Part shown: in pieces, positions 36,834 to 41,361 of the stretch
Layout of the letters: the number at the start of each line of letters is the position of its first letter
Numbering within the stretch: the stretch's first letter is position 1
NCBI RefSeq assembly: GCF_001194135.2
Contig: NC_068983.1
Span: 13,975,062 to 14,016,422, forward strand
DNA from: Octopus bimaculoides
Lineage: Eukaryota
Reading direction: 5' to 3'
Length of the DNA stretch: 41,361 nt
Made by a program: the position numbers and the translations under genes
Notes under the pieces: model-generated
Told to the model about the DNA's origin: nothing
The model's database searches: none
What the model saw: only the letters and a program-made list of their open reading frames with translations

Positions 36834-37134
36834 NNNNNNNNNNNNNNNNNNNNNNNNNNNNNNNNNNNNNNNNNNNNNNNNNNNNNNNNNNNNNNNNNNN
36901 NNNNNNNNNNNNNNNNNNNNNNNNNNNNNNNNNNNNNNNNNNNNNNNNNNNNNNNNNNNNNNNNNNNNNNNNNNNNNNNNNNNNNNNNNNNNNNNNNNNN
37001 NNNNNNNNNNNNNNNNNNNNNNNNNNNNNNNNNNNNNNNNNNNNNNNNNNNNNNNNNNNNNNNNNNNNNNNNNNNNNNNNNNNNNNNNNNNNNNNNNNNN
37101 NNNNNNNNNNNNNNNNNNNNNNNNNNNNNNNTAT

Positions 37135-37345
37135 ATATTATCTTTTACCTTTTTCAGCTATTGGACTGCGATTATGTTGAGGCAGTGCCTTGCAGGGTTT
37201 TTTGTGCCAGTACTTGTTTCTGAGACTGGTACTTATTCTATTGGTCTGTTTTGCCGAACTGTTAAGTTAAGGTGAGGTAAACTACCCGACACCGGTTGTT
37301 AAGTGGTGGCAGAGGAGGGACCAAACATAAATACGAAGACACACA
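37135..37345 (-). mobile_element. Old family-B SINE, 3' half
   Basis: TTCAGCTATTGGACTGCG...GGTACTTATTCTATTGGTCTGTTTTGCCGAAC similar to 23460-23640. Confidence 0.7.
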
Positions 37346-37456
37346 CACATATCACATATTCACTGAATTTTGTTACGACCATTGTTCATATAAATAATGG
37401 ATTAATTGAATTAATTAACTTTTGATACACGGTATAACAAAAATATACGTGAGTCT

Positions 37457-37509
37457 GCCACGCAGCAAATGAAGTTCCGTTTCAAGAACTTTATCTCTCA
37501 TCAGGTGGC
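37457..37509 (-). ncRNA. Decayed hammerhead-like motif
   Basis: Minus strand GCCAC-CTGATGA-GAGA(taaagt)TCTT-GAAAC-...-GTGGC; stems I and II pair, but the NUH triplet is broken. Confidence 0.5.
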
Positions 37510-38079
37510 GCGTAGAAAGTTAGAAGCCTGTGTGGTTAGAGGCATAAGAATATCAGCAACGTAGGTTTGGATATGAAACTATCCAGAACGGTCCCGATTT
37601 TATATTCAATCAGATACAAACAGCTTTGGAAAAAAAAAAAAGCTACCTAGGAGTTTGCCACATGGAATTCACTATCCTGGGGCATACACACTCATTAAAA
37701 AGTCATATACGTACTCCATAGGGTCCATCAAATTTAGTTCTAGTGAAATCTTTTTTTACTGAAGTGCTGAACAAATCTTAATATGGATTAGGAATTATTT
37801 GTGGGTATGGTGCTGAGCTTATGCAGTAAAAGAATAAACAAGTCTGTTATTTTCTGATATATAATATAATATAAAGAAAAAAAAAATGTATGATCTTACT
37901 TCGTATTAAGTCTTTCACTGCATACTGTTCTCATTCAAGAACTGTATCCCTCATTAAGTGATGTAGAAAAGATAGGATACCTCCGAGCCCTGCTATACAA
38001 AGAAAGGAAATTAGATCTAAAATTGCCCAGCAAGGACAAAACTGAAAAAAAATTAGTAACTGGATGAAATGGTGTAAAG

Positions 38080-38381
38080 CAGTACTACTCAAAGTGGTGG
38101 TGGTCCGCGGCCCGGTGCCAGTCCACGAGCCATCAGCTGCCGGTACGCGGCGAGTTTCCAGAAAAGAAAGAAACATTATAAAATGCTTATAAAATGCTTA
38201 TGTAATATTGCGTTATTTGTTTACAAAATAAATATAAGATTAATAAATTATCAACTTTTATTATATTCATTATATATGTTGTTTCCGGTATAGATTAAAA
38301 TTACTAAGGAATATTACCGGTCCCTGGCACATAAAAAAAAAAACTGCCGGTGCACCACATCAGATAGTTTGAGAAGCACTG
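38080..38381. mobile_element. hAT (Charlie-like) MITE, 302 bp
   Basis: Perfect 8-bp TSD GTGTAAAG (38072-38079 and 38382-38389); TIRs CAGTACTACTCAAAG and CAGTGCTTCTCAAAC (reverse complement of the right end). Confidence 0.9.
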
Positions 38382-38599
38382 GTGTAAAGAACTTAGTATT
38401 CCTCTGTGACTGGTAAAATTTAATCACTTTTAGTGTTCTGATTGAACTTTTATAATTTTACCCTTGAGAAAAGAAATAAGTATTATAATTCACATTTATT
38501 GCTATCCTTATCGAACAAACCATGCTTAATTTATATATAAATTCAGTGTATCTCATTTCAGTTTAGAGTTTTTGAACTCTATAACATCTGTTTAGAGAC

Positions 38600-39180
38600 A
38601 CACTTTACTTTTTCATTCCTTATAACACCGCAGAGCATGGTTATAACTCAGCTTGTTTACAGTTGCTCTTTATTATTTAATTACTTTTCATCTACCAATG
38701 CGTTGATAATCATTACAACGTTATTTTTAACCATTCTCCGAACAAAACTTATTGAGATATTACCTCTGGTTTTGAGAGGTTTGTTTACAATTTGTCTTGT
38801 CCTTCCTTACAAATTTAATCATTGCAGCACATCCTTTATCTTAAATGCATTTATGGCTTTAATTGCATTTACTTCTTATCACTCACCTTCTATACGTAAC
38901 CCTCATTCTTCCACCTATCTCGAAACAAACTTTCTAATTCTCCGTTAAAGATAAATCTTGTAGATAGTAAAACCCTTTACTTACAGCTTTTTACGGACTG
39001 GTTCATAAGTATACAAGTTATACTTTTTATGAATATCTAAAAGGGAATTATTCCCGATCATCATTTGAAATTAATCTGTAAGGATTTTTGTATAGTCGTT
39101 TATAAATTTTTCATATAAATTAAACAGGCAAACGCATTGTCTTGTACTTCTTTTCCTATCACTATTAACCTATTAACTAT
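38600..39180 (-). mobile_element. Possible decayed L1/Tx1-like 3' fragment
   Basis: Weak minus-strand remnants LIVIGKEV..MRL and LFRDRWKNEGYV. Confidence 0.25.
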
Positions 39181-39201
39181 TTCGGTTCTGCACTCTATAC
39201 A

Positions 39202-39637
39202 TACTCTTTTACTTGTTTCAGTCATTTGACTGCGGCCATGCTGGAGCACCGCCTTTTAGTCGAGCAAATCGACCCCAGGACTTATTCTTTGGAAGCCTAG
39301 TACTTATTCTATCGGTCTCATTTTGCCGAACACACCACCATCGGTTGTCGAGCAATGCTGGGGGGACAAACACACACACACAAACATATACACACATATA
39401 CATATATATATATACATATATACGTTGGGCTTCTTTCAGTTCCCGTCTACTAAATCCACTCGCAAGGCTTTGGTCGGCCCGAGGCTATAGTAGAAGACAC
39501 TTGCCCAATGTGCCACGTAGTGGGAATGAACCCGGAANNNNNNNNNNAGAAGACACTTGCCCAATGTGCCACGTAGTGGGAATGAACCCGGAACCATGTG
39601 GTTGGTAAGCAAGCTACTTACCACACAGCCACTCCTG
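39202..39637 (-). mobile_element. SINE family B, full length, with an assembly duplication
   Basis: Head CAGGAGTGGCTGTGTGGTAAG (A-box), B-box GGGTTCATTCCC; 46 bp duplicated across a 10-N gap. Confidence 0.92.
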
Positions 39638-39726
39638 TCAGTTTTTCAACTTGCATTTAAGTATTACTTAAAAATACGAGAGACAGAGAGAGAGGAGGGA
39701 GAGAAAGAGAGAGAGAGGATGGAGAG

Positions 39727-39766
<40 letters not shown>

Positions 39767-39814
39767 AGAGAGGAAACGTGAGTACTCTTGTAAGTTGATA
39801 ATTTTTACTTAATA

Positions 39815-40250
39815 TCAAGGCCCGTCCATAAAGAAACCGTATTTCATAAAATTAAATTTATTACTTTACATACAATTTAATCAAACATAACTCTTTAAAA
39901 TAGTTGGTTGCAGTGGTTGCAGCAAGTTGTCTTCGGTCTTTTCTACCACCTAAAACCGGGTAAGTTTCAAAGTGAGTTTCAACTTCGAAAACGAAAAAAA
40001 GTCAACAGCAGACAAACTCAAAGAGCAGGGAAGCTGGGAGACTAGAGTAGTCTTGTTCTTTGCCCAAGCGTCACAGACAAAGTATAATGCGTGAGCAGGT
40101 TGGGTTGCAATAGTGCAGCATTCAAGTTTTGCTTGTCCATGCCTCTGTCAAATACCCGAAGACAGCCATGTAAAATTCTTTACTGGTCATATGACTATGC
40201 AAACTCATGATGGACGATGCCCTTCCAATCAAAAATAAAAGACAATCAAC
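39815..40250 (-). pseudogene. Decayed mariner transposase C-terminal half plus terminal region
   Basis: FDWKGIVHHEF..KEFYMAV..EAWTSKT*MLH..PAH..WAKNKTTLVSQLPCSLSLSAVDFFSFSKLKLTLK matches the mariner WxLHHDNAPxH / PYSPDLAPxDFFLF region; TA at 39813. Confidence 0.75.
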
Positions 40251-40318
40251 ACCCACTCCACATACATAGACGTATATAAGTATGTATGTATATATATATA
40301 TATATNNNNNNNNNNTCG

Positions 40319-40810
40319 TTTGTGCATTCATTACTAAAACTTCTAACCATACCCTGCCACCGGGTTCATTTCCTTCTCACCCACTCCCCCAAATTCTTGA
40401 CCTTCTCAATCCGCCATCCTTCTGTTTACCTTAGATTTCGTATGCACACAGACACAAAACCATCCAAAACTATTTCAATACTATTCATTTGTTTATCCTT
40501 TCTTCACCACCGCACTATCTTACTTCACATATTCTCCTCTTCCTTCACCCCCTTTTTATTCTCTCCACCCTTTCTCTCCCCTTCTACCCCTCTTCTTTTT
40601 CTCTCCCCTGAATACATATCTATTCATCTAACTTAATAGCCAACTTGCTGCTCTAACCACATACATATTGAAGTATTTCCATCAATTTCGTCATATTTTT
40701 TTAAATGCTTTAACTGAAGAAGGTTTACGTAATGGATGTATTTCCTGTTATGTATTACGCAAACCTGAAACGTACGTATTAAATGGCTATTCGGTTAGAT
40801 GTTATTATTG
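40319..40810 (+). mobile_element. Probable Penelope-like element 3' fragment
   Basis: About 390-bp pyrimidine-rich segment, then a hammerhead, then a short tail into (TACA)n; 5' end lost at a gap. Confidence 0.5.
40709..40783 (+). ncRNA. Minimal type I hammerhead ribozyme, intact core
   Basis: TTTAA-CTGAAGA-AGGTTT(a)CGTAAT-(20 nt)-ATTACG(c)AAACCT-GAAAC-GTAC-GTA-TTAAA; predicted cleavage after A40778. Confidence 0.88.
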
Positions 40811-40877
40811 CAACTACATACATACATACACACATCCATAAATACATACATAAAAACAGAAAATGTTTTCTTCTTGA

Positions 40878-41026
40878 GCCATGCCAGGCTCATGAGGGCC
40901 GGTTTCCCGGTTTTAATGGCATATATGTTCCTCACCTGGACGGATACCGGTCCGTCGCAGGGTTATTCATTTTTGCCAGCTGAGTGGACTGGAACAACGT
41001 GAAATGAAGTGTTTTGCTCAAGAACA
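40878..41026 (-). mobile_element. SINE family D body, interrupted
   Basis: CATTTTTGCCAGCTGAGTGGACTGGAACAACGTGAAATGAAGTGTTTTGCTCAAG, similar to the 8850-8885 copy. Confidence 0.75.
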
Positions 41027-41030
41027 TACA

Positions 41031-41064
<34 letters not shown>

Positions 41065-41072
41065 CATACATG

Positions 41073-41361
41073 TTGGCACTCTGTCGCTTACGACGTCGAG
41101 GGTTCAAATTGATCCAATCAACGGAACAGCCTGCTCGTGAAATTAACGTGCAAGTGGCTGAGCACTCCACAGACACGTGTACCCTTAACTTAGTTCTCGG
41201 GGATATTCAGCGTGACACAGTGTGACAAGGCTGGCCCTTTGAAATACAGGTACAACAGAAACAGGAAGTAAGAGTGAGAGAAAGCTGTGGTGGAAGAGTA
41301 CAGCAGGGTTCGCCACCATCCCCTGCCAGAGCCTCGTGGAGCTTTAGGTGTTTTCACTCAA
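41073..41361 (-). mobile_element. SINE family C, runs off the window end
   Basis: High similarity to 29398-29690. Confidence 0.92.

Noticed and set aside
39492-39593. Identical 46-bp direct repeat
   Set aside because: The copies flank a 10-N gap; this is most likely an unmerged contig overlap (assembly artefact)
11896-40783. 4:1 strand bias of hammerheads as evidence of selection by host transcription
   Set aside because: Five observations are too few and no host gene is established

Overview
Eukaryotic, AT-rich, repeat-dense genomic DNA with about 3.9 kb of N-gaps, almost all flanked by microsatellites. From the SINE families and microsatellite load I infer an octopod cephalopod draft assembly; this is recall-based and not database-checked. 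I found no intact protein-coding gene. Most entries in the ORF track are translations of microsatellites or gaps. Contents: (1) many tRNA-headed SINEs of about 5 families (my labels A-E); (2) decayed DNA transposons: a maT/DD37D derivative, a mariner fragment, a Chapaev-3-like transposase, piggyBac-, hAT- and Merlin-like non-autonomous elements, and an unclassified MITE; (3) non-LTR fragments of R4/Dong-like and Tx1/L1-like type. Most notable: five hammerhead-ribozyme motifs. Two have intact cores (35805-35878, 40709-40783) and three are decayed. The four + strand motifs have the minimal, palindromic-stem-III architecture known from Penelope-like elements. Also notable: a TIR element carrying (TTAGGG)n inside long internal inverted repeats, and a SINE subfamily whose 3' tail matches the 3' end of a Tx1/L1-like LINE in the same window.
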